DNA of 64,000 nt. It comes from Chrysomallon squamiferum (Eukaryota; Animalia; Mollusca). The stretch is taken from NCBI GenBank assembly GCA_012295275.1, contig CM022677.1, positions 1,364,001 through 1,428,000 of the forward strand, given 5' to 3'. Positions 11,750-27,195 of the stretch are shown piece by piece (position 1 is the first letter of the stretch; every line of letters begins with the position of its first letter). The position numbers and the translations under genes are program-made. Under the pieces are notes generated by a model. It had not been told where the DNA came from, made no database searches, and saw only the letters and a list, made by a program, of their open reading frames with translations.

Positions 11750-13047
11750 CATCATATGTATTTATATCCACCTCTTGTGTCTCCTTCCTTAACATTAACA
11801 AACAAGCTGTACTCAGTGTCTTTAATAATCTTCACTCGAGGTCTGAACACGACGTCATACACGGCAGACACGTAATCAAATCTCTGTGTCAGTGTAGACC
11901 CTCCAGTATTTTGTCTGTTCTTGTGTTAGTGACGGAGACGCTGGAGTCATAGTTTTGTCGTAACCGTACAAGTAAAATCCGCAAAGTAAAGCGTTTTTGT
12001 TAACAGAACAAATAATAGCGAAACCTTCTTCAGTACAACATGAAAAGTAACCAGGCAGTACTTCAACAAACCTGTTTATTGTAATATGTTTTCTACGAAT
12101 CACTCCAGTTCTCAGGACTGAGTTAAAAGGTAAAATATCTTCATAACTGCTAACCCAGTGTCTTGAAATCTTGTTTTTTATCTGTCTCAGTGAGTATGTT
12201 AGTGCATTTCACGTGTTTTACAAAATACGTCTGATCGAGTAATGGATTGCGCACAAGCATCATGGCTTCTCCAAGTACATAACGTCTGTATTCTCCATTC
12301 GTCTTATTTCATTGTTTCCTGTATGCGCTCTCAGCCCACTTCAAAGCGGCTTCAAAAACATTTTTCCTCGTCTGCTGTCAGTTCTTCTGATCGGACGATC
12401 TCAACCAGACATTCGTAACAAAGATCGGTGACTTCATCAGATTTCATTCTACAACGACAACAACGACTCCAAATATGCAACACACTGGTCTTCCAGTCCT
12501 TTGATGAATTACTTCCTCTATAGAAACAGCAGATCGTTGACGTTGCTGCATGTTACGAAGACGTCATCCGTATACAGATATATGTGATAAAGAAAGTAAA
12601 GTGAGACTTTAAAACGAGAGATAATTATGGAATATTAACAACGTAGAAAATTGTTAGATTACTAACAAAAACTGTTTTGTTATCAACGGTTGTATATGTA
12701 TGTATACACTGTGTTCATACGTGTGGCTCTCTGTGTGTGTGTGTTTTTTGTGTGTTCGTGAAGTTGCGTATTTTTATGCGCTAAGATAGTTTAAAAATTC
12801 TCTGAGAATGTACGGCTGCACATCTGGTAGAAAAAATATCACTTTGTTCGCGAAGTTCTCCTTTTAGCATCTTATGGAAAATTTTGCTGCTTATCATGAG
12901 TACAAACCGATGTGCTTCAAAGACTGTTTTATGTTCACCGACGAGAAATCTAATGTCGCTCTCTCCTCTTGCATGAAAAACATGTTGCATGCATTCAGAT
13001 AATTTCTTCCCTGACTGCCATCTTGACATTGCAGCTTAGTTGGCCAT
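11750..13047 (-). pseudogene. Pseudogene of the BTB-BACK-PHR (BTBD1/2/3/6-like) gene
   Basis: Collinear with 50266-51923. Codon 4 is TAA where the intact copy has TCA; +1 T frameshift in the A-run at 12831-12836; donor GT changed to CT (about 12790); acceptor AG changed to AT (about 12582); several stops and a roughly 95-bp deletion in the BACK region. Confidence 0.9.
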
Positions 13048-13146
13048 GTTTTCACTACAAACAATTACAAAACAATAACAGTATGGAATTGGGAGAGAAA
13101 GGAAAATAGAAATTCTGCGAAAAAAGAACTATTACAATTCTTACAG

Positions 13147-13205
<59 letters not shown>

Positions 13206-15214
13206 AAGAATTATAATAATAATAATAACCCTATACTAAATACTATTTTTAAATATTTCTGTGTACAGGTCACATTTCTGATTTTTCAACTCACACTGTA
13301 ATGGTTAGTTTGTTATATTTCTGTATAGCTATAATCTGCAAACAAACATTGTTCTATTAGAAAATAATGAAACTAAGATAATTTCTAACAAACGACTGTG
13401 TTCTCTTTAAGGGTTGTACGGTTGAACACTGAGATCAGACACATAAAAGACAAACAAACAAATAAAAATAAAATAGCAAAGGATGGATAAATATGTAGCA
13501 AATCTATAAAGATAAAAAAGAAGTACTTTATGCTTTTATTAACGATTATTATTATGATGAATACAAAGACAACAATAATTATTATTATCATTATTATTAT
13601 AAATTTTCAGGTAAAGAATATTTGACTCTGGGACAAACGATTTTCAAATTGCAATGTACTGCTTGACAGTTATACCAATTTAGTCATCCAGAATGTTACA
13701 CGATTATCCAACAATTACAAATCCACAAACAAACATTATGTAAGAAAATCAGAAGAATAATGGAATAAGATGCGACGTTTCAAAAGTAGAAAACAACGTA
13801 AATACCTTCTAATTACATTGTAGCTGAAAGCTTGCTGATCGATACTTTCTTATAAGTGACTACTTTCTGTTCAGCGTAGATCACAAATATCACCGATCTA
13901 AAAGTAAATAACACAAAATAATATAAGCAATATATAGGAAAAGCTGTCAATAAAAATAAGAGCTATTAAGGTGTAGTATTAGCGGTGGTAGTAATAGTAG
14001 TTGTAGCAGTAGAAGTAATAGTAGTAGTAGTAGTAGCTGTAGTAGTAGTAGGAGGAGGACGAGTATCAGTATTCGTATTAGTAGAAGTAATAGTAATAAT
14101 AATAATAGCATGCTATTATACACTGCTACACAAGACACAGAAAGGTACACATCTGTAGATCTGTCAAATTAACTGCTAACACAGTGTCTGCAATAGACAG
14201 TAAACATCGAATTTATTTACATTTGTCTACATTGTGTGCAGATAATTAATTTAACTGACAAAATAGCAACAACAATCAAACTACTTTCATTAAACCAAAT
14301 AAGAAGTAAAATAGAAAACAGTACAAGCACATGAGAGAATATTATTATTTAGGTTCTTTATACGCAAGTTTCATACACTAGAATTCTGACTGAAATTCCG
14401 TCATGGGGAAATACCTTTTCATTTCAGGACGTACGTAACGTTTTTAATGTCAATTTTAATGTATCTATTTAAAAAAAAATAAGAAGAAGAAGAAGATTTG
14501 AATCGTTGAAACATAAAATATATAATATCAAACACTTTCTGTTTGGCCGATTAGTTTTAATTCTGCTTTTTGCACTATTAGTTTTCAAAATCCTTCACTG
14601 ATAAACACTTGATATACGTATTGAACGCCATCAAGTGTTACCTTGTTAGGTATGAATCTCTGAGTGAAACAAACCAAATCGTACTACAAGCCTTACACAT
14701 TCATCTTATATATATTTCCACCTAAAATAGATTAGATTAATTTAATGTAATCCTCTTAGATTCCATTGTTTACATCTATCGTGTAAAATGTATACAATGA
14801 TGATGATGATAATAGTAGAAGTAGTAGTATAGTAGTAGGAGCAGTAGTAGCCGTAGTAATTATAATAATAATAATAATAATGAAATTAATTTAACACTAC
14901 TACAACTAATGTTGTTGCAACTACGAATCGTACTGCTTTGCTACTACTACAATTGCTGCTGCTGCGACTTCTACTACCAAAAGTTTTACTGTGACATCCT
15001 CTGCTACTATTACAAGTTCTAGTATTTTCATTATTATTACTACCAGAATACATTTATTTATTTATGTATTAGGAACAGTATATGTTTGTGGGGGAATAAT
15101 GGACACAGAAATCAGATGTATTTAAGTAATAATAATAATAATAATAATGAAACAGAAGAAAATGTGTTCTTCTTTTCATCAACTGCCCTGTTAAGATAAC
15201 TTATTTTGCTATTA

Positions 15215-15294
<80 letters not shown>

Positions 15295-15515
15295 AACAGA
15301 AATGTCAGCTCCAGACAGATGAACAATATTGCCTTGATGAACAAACCGACATTGAAATAACGATTAGGTTGTACCACATTAATCTATAACAACCTTAAAA
15401 TACTTTATATGATTTCTTGAACCAAACTAATAAAAACTTTAGGAAAACATCAAATAACTTCAAATTTCGAAATAGCTGCTGCTTGTGTCAAACAGGTCCA
15501 TGTCTGTGAGTGGTT

Positions 15516-15524
15516 TTCCTGGAA
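15516..15524. promoter_or_regulatory. Candidate STAT GAS site TTCCTGGAA upstream of the BTB pseudogene
   Basis: Lies in block agtggttttcctggaactga, also conserved at 55045-55064 upstream of the intact paralog. Confidence 0.3.
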
Positions 15525-17914
15525 CTGAGAACTTTCTGGTTTTTGTCGGTAAAACCGTCTTGACTGAAATCAAATATTTTACAAGTCACTCTGCAAGGAT
15601 AGGACCGCTGTATTATGTTTTCTATGCAAATGTCGTTAGCAATTCAATTAATAGGTGTTTCTGTTGACGAAACACAGAAAGAAATATATTGATCGTAATT
15701 CATAACACGTTTCAGTAATGGTTATTGCTGTACTTGGCGGTTGTCGTAATTCCCCCAGAAGAAAGATTTCTAATGAATCAAGTGTTTTTTGTTTGTTTTT
15801 TTCATTTAAGTAAAAATACATTTCTGAGCATGCAAACGTAATTGTATACGGTAATTTGATAAATGACGTAATAACTCTAAGACTTTTTCATAAGACTAAT
15901 TAAACATCTAAAACTGTATTTATATGTTAAGAGTTCAACAAACTTATATCATCTAATAATAGTCCACGGGAACATGACCACTATCACAATTCTTAAAACA
16001 ATCCAGCCATAACCCTGTACCCAAACAGTTTTCACAGAATTTATAAATAAATAAATTAATTAATAAATAAGTAAACAAATAAATATATGATAATGTTAAT
16101 AATGTTATTAACACTGGTTATGAAAATAATAATAAAATAAAAAATAATAATACTATATTGTAAAAAAAATAATAATAAAAAAAAAAAATGATTCTCTTAA
16201 ATCTAACTGGTGAATGTAAGAACGGATGAATGAAACGAGTGAAAATAACAAATCAAATGACTGAAAAGAAAAAAAAATCAATTAAATTAAAGTATAAAAT
16301 TTGTTTAATATAATTCTTGTATTCCATCCAAATAAATTGTATTGTGCCATAGTAGAATCAAGTTAAACTTTGTTACATTCTATTTTATCATCTAAACTGT
16401 GTTTTCACATCTCTAGTAAAAGCACAGTACATACTACGATTCTACACACCATTTTTTCGTAGTGATTTTTATTTACCGAGAAGAGTTGAAAGAACTACCT
16501 ATCAGTACACAATAAGATAATTAGTTTTAAAAATATCCTGGAGGGAACAATACAAACCAAAATAAAATAAAATAATAATAATAATAATAAGTTAATTAAT
16601 CAATTACAAAACGTAAATAAATAAACAAATAAGTTAATAAGTAAAAAAGTAAGTAAGTAAATAAAGAAATATACGTCTGTTATGGGGGTACAATAATTAT
16701 TATATCTTAGTGAATGCTGTAGCCAGGTTTGTTTTTCAGTTCAACAATGGCTCCAGAACTGATTCATCAGAAATCTGTCTTTCAGAAGGTATGTATAAAA
16801 CATTATTTATTGCTAAAATATAGAGTAGGGAGAACAAGTTTCTCCTCTGAGTAAAATAGCTATGGGTTTCAAGATTAATATATGTCATAATAAAAGTGTT
16901 AGTACATATTTTAGATATCAAAGCGATTCATGTCGAATATTAGAATTTATTGCACACACAGATACAGCGTGTCGTGGGAGAGAGGCCTTTTTATTTTATA
17001 TCAGAAACAGAATACAATGACGACTACTTTCATTTTATGTCTCATGAGTGAAGAAACGCTGTTAAGTAAATACATTATTCACGTTAAGAATATAAGCTGT
17101 GGCAGTCGAGAAAGTCGTATTCTTAACAGTTGTAGCGATTATACAAGAACAGTTGTGTTTAACAGAGACGAGTATTTCAATGTGACTCTGCGAGTGCTTA
17201 TATAAAGGCACATAAGAACATTTAAAAAAAATCGTATTTTTCGTTGTGTTAATCAATTATTTTGTTCTTCTCTGTTTTCGCTTAATTAATTTTTGTTCTT
17301 CTCTTTGTATTTTCAGTGTTTTCATTATTCCATTATTCCACTGATATATATATTAACAATAATAACATAATAATTACAATTACAACAGAACAAAAGCAGC
17401 ACCATCACCACCAGCAACCACAACCATCACCACCAACAACAATAGCAATAATAATAATATTAATAATATTAATAATAATAACGTTTCAAAGTTGTAAAGT
17501 TAATATAAACGGCTCTGAAGGCTTCTGTATATCGTGATATTACTATCACTATGCTAAGGCAGCAATACATTAGTATACATTAACATACATTTATCTCAAG
17601 TAGGTGACCACCAGGTGTCGTGGGAAGGATCGGTAAATCGTGTGAAGAAGTTGAAATGTCGATCTGATCTCGAGTCTATAGCACTTCTTCTTTTAGAAAA
17701 TAAAGGTAATGAATGATAAGTTCACTGTCAAAAACATGGTGTTACAAAAGTTCTATTCACATTTACCTGATAGTATATCTGAGGTTGAAAAGAAGAGAAT
17801 ACTTGTAAAGAAGTTCACTGAGACAAACGGACAGTAATTCAAATTTGTCTCTCATATTGAACACAAAACTGAATAATTATATTTTACGCATCTATCTATC
17901 TATCTATCTGTCTA

Positions 17915-17984
<70 letters not shown>

Positions 17985-18715
17985 ACACACACACAGATCT
18001 GCCGGTATTTTTCTTTTTTCTACAGGTATTTTCGGACTGTAAATATATTTACCTACAGACTGAAATTATCGACCAATAATGAACCGCCTTTCTCACAAAA
18101 AATATCAAGAGATAGAGATAGTTTTAATAAAAGTCGTTAAAAATATTGATATCAATGCGTTCATCGCGTTCTATTTCTTTCTGAACACCGATAATTTTGT
18201 TTTTGTTTCTTTTTTCTATAAGCGTCATTCAAATAAAGTTTACACTTTATCATATTCACACGAATATCTATTATCACAATAACATTACAAAATGCAGTTA
18301 TATGGAGGGTTCTTAATATACTAGACTCTCTCTATCTATCTTTTTCTCTCACTCTCTGTAAAACTAGAACAACAGCTAATTTTAGCCACACTATAAGTGG
18401 AACTAAAGTTTATAACAGGCTTCCTTTTGCATTTATTGTTCTTTATATATATTTTTAATAACATATTTTTAAACGTTTAGAACTGAACATAATGGCATTT
18501 GTTTAATATGTCAGATCCTCACAACAAAACAATCTGGGTTTTTTGTTACATTTGTTCAAGTGAGACGACAATTTTATTGATCTTTCTTTTTCTTGTGGTT
18601 AATTCTAATTTTTGAAATATCTAATTTTTAAAACGCCTGAATTATGAAACTGACGTTGTTAACAAAAGTGAACAGACATATGTTTTATTTATTTATTTAT
18701 TTATTTATTTTATAT

Positions 18716-18766
<51 letters not shown>

Positions 18767-19683
18767 TTTGAACCTGGACATTTTTTTTTTAATTATAAAT
18801 CGGACAGCCATAAACATTTGGATTTATTTTCTCCAAAATAAAATTTTTATTGTAAGACAGCTTCACACGATATTTTTAAAGATGTTGTCTTCCATTTCTT
18901 CCACTGAACAAAGCATCGAGAGAGCGTTGTTACTGTTGAATCAGAAAAAGCCTGGAAACTTAAATCGCAAAATCATTTGTTTCATAATTTATGACATTCA
19001 AAATAAGTTTTATTTACATCCATCAGAGAACTACGATATATTTGCAGATTTATTTTAGGAGGAAGCCGTGATGTTTATTTTCGGTACAGGTGTGATGGGT
19101 GTGACTAACTATTGTAAATATGTTTAGTGTCGCTCTCATGAGAAGATACCTGCAGTACAGGGACACTTTTGTTCGGCCCCAGAGATGTCCCTACAAGAAA
19201 GGTAATTTGTGTGTCTGCGTGTGTGCGTGTGTGTCTGAAATATTCACATATGAGGAAATATTGAAACAAAACGAAACAACAAAACAAGACAAGAAAAAAT
19301 GATAACGATATAACCATTTTGCTTTTTACTTTCGGATGTCAGTAACTTTACAACTAATTTTCACGATGCAACAGCTAATCAATATGAGTCATTGTATCTC
19401 AACAATGACGAAACTAGATTTAATCCTTCAACATAAGAGATATATATTTATGTGTGTGTTGTTATTTTTTTTTTTTTTTTAAAGACACAACACAAACAGG
19501 AAAAATTAATAACAATACCAGTAAGGCAAAACCGAGATGAACATAAACATACCAAAATAAATCTAAACATAAAGCTGAACATACTAAATTGGTGGTGAAA
19601 ATAAATTAGTCAGTTTGAAAATTGTTTAAGATATTTAATAGTCTAGCTTCAGCATTTACAAATTGGAAGCGTAAATTATAACT

Positions 19684-19874
19684 GAATGTCAACAAACTGG
19701 ATTTGAAAGAATTGGGACTTTACTATTGTTTTGAATAAGATTGTTTTTACTGCCACTGAAGCATCTCTGGACATATGTAGTTGTTCCTATTCTTGATGTT
19801 ATTAATCTAAATGAGTTCTGTGATCGTAGCGTCCTACTTGACCTGTACAGTTCCAGCATGTCCTTGATATACTC
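19684..19874 (-). mobile_element. 3' remnant of a CR1/L2-group LINE ORF2
   Basis: Minus-strand translation EYIKDMLELYRSSRTLRSQNSFRLITSRIGTTTYVQRCFS ... FKSSLLT resembles the conserved L2/CR1 ORF2 C-terminus (YL.DLL..Y.P.R.LRS...L..PR....YG.R.FS...FK..LKT). Confidence 0.75.
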
Positions 19875-20336
19875 TTAATAATAATAAACAAATAAATATG
19901 TTTTTCAAAACTAAAATCCACAGCTAAGAACTACATTGCTTATAGTTCTTGAATTCATTGTCGGAAAAAAAAACGAGAAGATCTGAACACACCGAGAGTG
20001 TTGTGTTATACATGTTAGTTAACTTTTTAACATATCTAGTGTTAAATTATGTTAAAACACCAGACTAGAATGATTTCATTAACTCTTCGTAAAATATACA
20101 GCTATAACAATTCATCACACCCAAAAAAATGAATAAAGTTAAAATATTTTGTTTTCTTTCTATTTAAACCTGTGCCAGGCTAATTTCTCTGAACCGCTTC
20201 ACCCTTCAGAAACAGAAAGTAATTCCTACGTCTCGCCTGTAACACATATCTAAGTGCTAAGATCCCACGAGCAAACATAGCTCTAGGTTGTTTCCTTTGT
20301 TGTTTTTATTTATTTATTTATTTATTTATGTATTAA

Positions 20337-20397
<61 letters not shown>

Positions 20398-21387
20398 TAT
20401 TATTATTTTGACCTCCACGTTGGTTCCATAGAAATAAAGATAAAAAAGTCCGAAGAATGTCCACGTGAAGATCCTTCTTGAAACAGAAATGTTAACATAT
20501 AATAATATTACAATCATGTACTTTTCTTTTTAGGTTGATTTTAACCTGAAATAAACAAACAATCACATCAATTCAAATCAAATCAAATCGAATAAATAAA
20601 CAAACAAACATATAAATAAATACAGTATTTTGTGGAAATATTAAAGATATTAGGTCAGATGGAAGACGGTGAGCATTCCACGAACGTGCATAAAACAAAT
20701 TACTCCTACGACTACCACTACAACAATCACTTGTAGAACTATAAAAATTACAACTACCACTACAACAATCACTTGTAGAATTACAAACGGTACAACTACA
20801 ACTATTACCATAAGAGTTCTATAATTTCCACAGCAACCAAAACTGCCTCTGTCACCAAGACAATTATGCTGCTGCTATAAATGTTGTCATTATTATTGCT
20901 GGTAGAACTTCTACTGCTACGACTACGATCATTACTATCAACATTTCTACTTATTCTATTGGTGCTCCCACTAGTACTACACTACTATAACTTATATTAT
21001 TACTACAACAACTACTAACATTGCGGTAATGATAAAGCTATTTCTAAATTTGCTAATGTCGCTAGGATGACTAACATGTTATTAATAAAAAAAATTCACT
21101 TTACCTGATTTATTTTTATTTAAAGGCACATACACGTGTTCCGTATCTCCAGTATATGTGATGATGATAATAATAATAATAATAATAACAACAACATTAA
21201 TAGTAATAATAATAACAATAATAACAATAATAATAATAACAATAATAAAAATAACAACAATATCAATAGAAATAGTAAAAATAATAATTATATAATCAAT
21301 TGATTCAGACTAAAGTTACAAATATTTAAAATAATTACAAGGTATTGGTAGGCAGATATTTTGAATATCTATATATATATATACAAA

Positions 21388-21446
<59 letters not shown>

Positions 21447-22008
21447 ATCTGAGAGAGAGATCTGAATAGAGACGTTTGAATAAGAGAGAAAATAAATAAA
21501 TAATCACAAGAAAGCACACACACTGATATGGTGAAAAAGAAGATATCTGAATAAATTCGTTAAATAGAGCTACATAATTATTCTGCTAAAATAAAAATAT
21601 GTTTAAAACAAATCCCTTCGGTCCAATCAAAAGCAAACACACAGCTCTGTCTAGATGGACCGTAAAATTTGATAATTTCTTAAATGGAGTTGTCTCCCTT
21701 CCACCGTTAAAAATGAACACTCGCAAATCATACGCATCCAACTGACATATTCGTTCTTTTAATCTTTGGTTTAAATTTAATGTATGTATGTACATATATA
21801 TATGTGAATAGATGTATATATATATAGAGAGAGAGATAGACAGATATAAAAGACTGTTTAAACAATTTATATATATATTTCACAATTCATTTCAAATTTA
21901 ATACATAATAAATTGAAATTTAATGTGGTCTGTGTATATATGTGTATGTATGTATGTATGTATATATATATATATATATTTATATATGTTTGTGTGTGTG
22001 TATGTATG

Positions 22009-22039
<31 letters not shown>

Positions 22040-22671
22040 GTGTGTATGTATAGATATATATAAATGTCTGTTTAAACAATTTATCTATTTATATATTTCA
22101 CAATTCATTTGAAATTTTAAACATTATAAATTAAAATAGTTGAACTTTAATGTGTTCTATATAATTCAAAAATAAGTAATTGGGGAAACATTCAAAGATA
22201 TTTAATTAATTTTGAGGTTATTATTAATTACAAAAATTGATATGTATTTTTGTTTTTATTTACTTACTTACTTACTTATTCATTCATTCATTTCTTTATT
22301 TACTAACTCACTTATTTACTTACTTAATATTTATTTATTGATAACATTACAAAGGTATTGTATTAAATCTGATTAAATTAAACAGAAAATAAATTCATGT
22401 TAACAACTGATTGCCTAGAGAATTTTTAACTGGATAAATGCACGTGAGTATATGTATATCTATATCTATATAGAAACAGAGAGACACGAATAATTAAATA
22501 CATCTTAGTTTGAAGATTTATTGGCTGAAGATTTAAAAGAATAACAATAAAATAGCTATCAATATATAAATGTGCGTTTGCCTTATTGCTCAAAATAGTC
22601 ACATGTTCTGTACCATCTATGAATAAGAAAAGAAACAAAACAAGTATTCTTTCTTTTGTATAGACACAGAT

Positions 22672-22726
<55 letters not shown>

Positions 22727-23169
22727 TAAAGAGAGAGAGATAAACTAAGTAATGGGTAATGAGGAAAGTCAATCTGATCATACAAAAATCATTATATCTG
22801 AATAAATTCGTTGCATTAAGAAAATAAATAAACACATACACACAGAAACACATACTTATAAGTATTGTGAACATTCGAAAAGTAGAGATATTCTGTGTTA
22901 TCAATCATAGACGTCAAATAAACTGAGAATTACATAGCATTATTCTCCTAAATGAAATATAAGTTATAACGATGTATTTTAAAACTAATCTCTTCTGTCC
23001 GAATCATACTTGAAATATTTTCCTTACAAACTAACAGATACACGATACCGGAGACGAAATGTCTTTTAAAGAGTATGGATACATTGCAGTTTATGTAAGA
23101 ATGTCATTCAACGATAAATCAGGTAATTAAGGTAAATTAAGGGGAAACATCAAGATGAGTTAGGTAAAC

Positions 23170-23610
23170 GTATTAATAGTAGGACTAGTAATAATAGTAG
23201 TACTGGAAATAGTAGGGCTAGTAATAATAGTAGTACTGAAAATAGACGGGCTAGTAATAATAATAGTAGTAGTAGTGGTACAGGAAATAGTAGGGCTGGT
23301 AATAATAATAATAGTAGTAGTGGTACAGGAAATAGTAGAGCTAGTAATAATAGTAATTGTGGTACTGCTTCGGAAATAGTAGTAGTGGAAATATTAATAG
23401 TAGTGCTGGAAATAGTAGGGCTACTAATCATAGTATTACTGGAAATATTAGGGCTAATAATAACAGTGGTACTGGAAATAACAGTAATAATAGTAGTAGA
23501 GGAAACTGTCGGACTAATAGTAGTGCTGGAAATAGTAATAGTAGTGGTGGAAATAGTATGGCTAGTAACAATAGGGGTACTGTAAATAATACGGGTAGTA
23601 ATAATAGTAA
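23170..23610. repeat. Degenerate minisatellite, about 30-36-bp units (agtagtactggaaatagtagggctagtaataat)
   Basis: Recurrent ctggaaatagtagggct cores separated by (AGT)/(AAT) triplets; accounts for the low-complexity ORFs here. Confidence 0.8.
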
Positions 23611-24624
23611 ATCTGGCCCCCATATTCATGATGTATCTAATATTTCAAGTCTGCACCAGCTGGGATTTACCTCAACGTTTTCTTTGACAGCATCCACCGG
23701 TTCTGCTTCTTAATACCTCTTGACAACGTGTCTCAAGACATGAACCGTTTCAAACAACTTAAATAAACTCAGAATGGACTATATCAATGCCAAAACTATA
23801 GATTTTACCACCAAATATGTGGAGTAAATTATCACATATTACTCTAGTTTCTTCTGCTGAACTTAAAAATTGGTTATATGTTATGACTAACCTTCTTTCT
23901 ACAGGACTTGAAAAATAACACTCAGTTTTTACACCTTAAAATTAACTTTTTTACAACCTTGTTGTTTTCATTATTTTCATGGCCACCATACTTCACATAT
24001 AAATGGCTGATTAACTACATTGTTTGTTCCAATGAGAGATAGGAAGGTTCTGTTTATATCATCAAAGTTCCAGAAATCGGGACAGAGCAGTATTGCAGTT
24101 GCAATATATAATATACCTCGGGGGCCAGAATTGTTTGTAAACAGCTGATGTAGAATTCATTTTCCTTTCAGGAGAATCACGGTTTTATTGTCCCTGAATT
24201 GATCGTCAGGGGGCGCAATGTGACCTGTCGTAATTGTTTGCAGGCGGTCTCGTTTCGGCATTGTGTTGTCATTTCGGGACAGCAAAACGTGTCTCCTCTA
24301 CGTGAGCGCAACAGACAAGGGCAGGAAATGGATTGGCTTTTAAGGCGATCGATGATAACGAAATTTCAGATTTTGTTTTCAAATTAATTTTACACATGAA
24401 GATAGATGTTTGTGTGACAGGATAAAAATTGTCATGTTTACATTTTGTTACACAACTCAGCAATAAGTGGGTTCGCATGTTAAATAGTTATTTAATAACA
24501 CCTTCCCATAATTCCCAGTACAACTTAGTTTATGAATTTATGTCTGTAATTAATCAGATATCACTGTATTAAATTTAATTTACTGACAACAAATAAATAA
24601 ATAAAAAACAAACAAACAAACAAA

Positions 24625-24663
<39 letters not shown>

Positions 24664-24679
24664 ATTAATTAATTAATTA

Positions 24680-24715
<36 letters not shown>

Positions 24716-25378
24716 TGAAAAAAAAAGAATAAAAAAATGAAGAAAGGAAGAATAAGAATAATTATATAGAATTACATCAAATACTTATTGTAACTACTAA
24801 TACTACCACGACTACTACTATTCGTTGTAGTAGTACATTTGTTTCATGTACTTACTACTTAATAGTTTTAACCATATTAGCATCAACCAAATGTTAAGTT
24901 CTAAACAGGTATACTAATCTGACATTAAACTAAGTAATTCATCTATTAATTAATCAGAACAATTCTGCACGTACCAGTTGTAAACAGATTAAACAGAAAT
25001 AATCAATCAATAGATTTTAATTAGGTTTTTTTAGAAGCACCTATTAATAAGACCAGTGAATGGAAACTTCAGCTAATTATAAATGTCATAATTGTGAAGT
25101 CATAATCAAGGTCGTTCATTTCTATTTATTTATTTCTATCTTTTTTCTTTTTATTTAATTCTGTTTTTTTAAATTATTTCTCTCTTCCGCTTTCTCTCGA
25201 TCATTTTTTCTTCTTATTTTTTTTTTTTGTTTTTTTTTTTTTTTTTTTTCATAGGCGTATCCAGAGACCAAACGTTTTTCAGTTTATAGTTACTTGTTTC
25301 TGTTTAATTAATTAATTAATTAATTTATTTATTAATTATTATTATTGTTGTTGTTATTATTAGTATTATTATTATTAT

Positions 25379-25446
<68 letters not shown>

Positions 25447-26687
25447 AGAATCTAATATGTGTGTATGTGTCTGTGTAATAGATATATAGATTTATTTATT
25501 TTAATTTGTTTATTATTAAGCAGAGAAAGAAGCGCTTTCTATATTTCTAAATATAGATAATACTCTATAGTGGCAGACACATACACGCACACCTGTCTAT
25601 ATAGATATCTTTTATAAAATTACGATTTATTCTTTGTCTTCACGGAAATATACGAGAATGAACGATTGATTTCTTCGTAAAAGGTTTATCGGTTGGTTAA
25701 CGGAACAAGTTATCATGGGAGATAACTCTATAACCAAGTATTTGTTTTATTTTATATCTAAGAAGTTTAAACTGTTACTGACACTGGGAACTATTTGTTT
25801 GAAAGACATGCGTGCGACAAAGTGTTCGATGAAGTTATCATTCGCGGATTTCTTAGCTTCTGGAATTGTTCGCTGCTTTTATTTCAGTTTTATAAATCAG
25901 TTTGGCAAATTACGGTAAGCCGTTATCCAACTTACAGAGCTACGAGAAAACCTTTTATATGAAATAAACATTTCCGAGTTATTAACAGTGGCTCTTGTCC
26001 TATAACGTATTAAGAAATCTGTTTGTAATATAAATTGTTATTTTAATACTGTTTAAATATTTCAGTCAGAACATGCCACTAATTACATCTTTTGATAACT
26101 TACAATATTTTGTGACTGCTTTTTAATGTTTCTTCATAATACTAAGATCATACAAATTAAATTTATCAAGATTTCTAATCTTTATCACTGTCTGGTGATC
26201 TGTTAGTTGCTAAGAGGGATCAAATCTAGTTAACACGGTTTTTGTTTACAAACTTTCAGGTTATAAATCATATTTCATGTTCTATGTTTTCAGGATAAAT
26301 TTAAACAACATTTGTTTTTAAAAAGTTTGTAATAATTACAATAATCTAGGCTTTATTAGTACTTGTCATGAAGCATTCTTTTGAAGGTAAACAAAAATAT
26401 AGGAAAGAAGTATATGTAAGAATATAATGTGAAAATCAGTTGTTTGGTTATATACTATCTGCAGCTGTATGTCAAGAGTTGGAATTTATCATAAAAAAAA
26501 ACAAGACACAACTAAAAACAAAAACTATAAAAGAAAATAACAAGTCTGATTTAACAGAACACCTTACTTTAACATCGCCTAATCTAGACAAACAACATGT
26601 TTTGTACAAGTAACTGACTAATAAAAACTATTATAAAAACACTTAGTTAATACCTGAATAATTAAATTGTGTTTCTCTCTGATTCAG

Positions 26688-26850
26688 GTTGTGATAGTTT
26701 TTCAGGTAGAAAGGGTGAAGCTGGTTACATCAGAGAACTTGGTATCCATGGAGATCCTGTGGCACCTGCTGTTCAAGGACTTCATGGTAATGATTATTTT
26801 CCTGGTCTACCAGGTTTCCTGGTGTTTCTGGTAATGCATGTCTTGGTTTC
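26688..26850 (+). pseudogene. Decayed collagen Gly-X-Y exon (probably collagen IV alpha chain)
   Basis: After acceptor ttcag: GCD-SFS-GRK-GEA-GYI-REL-GIH-GDP-VAP-AVQ-GLH-GND-YFP-GLP-GF, then after a frameshift GVS-GNA. Triplet register is kept but several Gly residues are lost. Confidence 0.75.
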
Positions 26851-27195
26851 TTGTTTCTAGGTGTGTAGATTAGAAAACTGCAGGAACATACAAGATGTAA
26901 CATTTTTTTCTTTCTATTGAGCTGTCTTAAGTTATTGAACTTATGACTTAGTTTCATATTATAATGCTATCAGAACTGAAGATTGAAGTAGAGGCACTGA
27001 CTTTTTAGGATCTGATGTAAGAGAAACAAATAAATAAATAAAAAGAAAACCAAATGTATTTTTCTTTATATTCAAACTTTTTAAAATTTTAGCTATTGTC
27101 TGGATATAAATTTACTGAATGATAAGATTGTTAAAGTTTTACAAACAAACAGAACAAACTGTTCTAACAGTAAAGAAATTAAAATTACACTGCAG

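Noticed and set aside
23150-23713. ORFs of 159, 118 and 66 aa
   Set aside because: Products of the triplet-based minisatellite.
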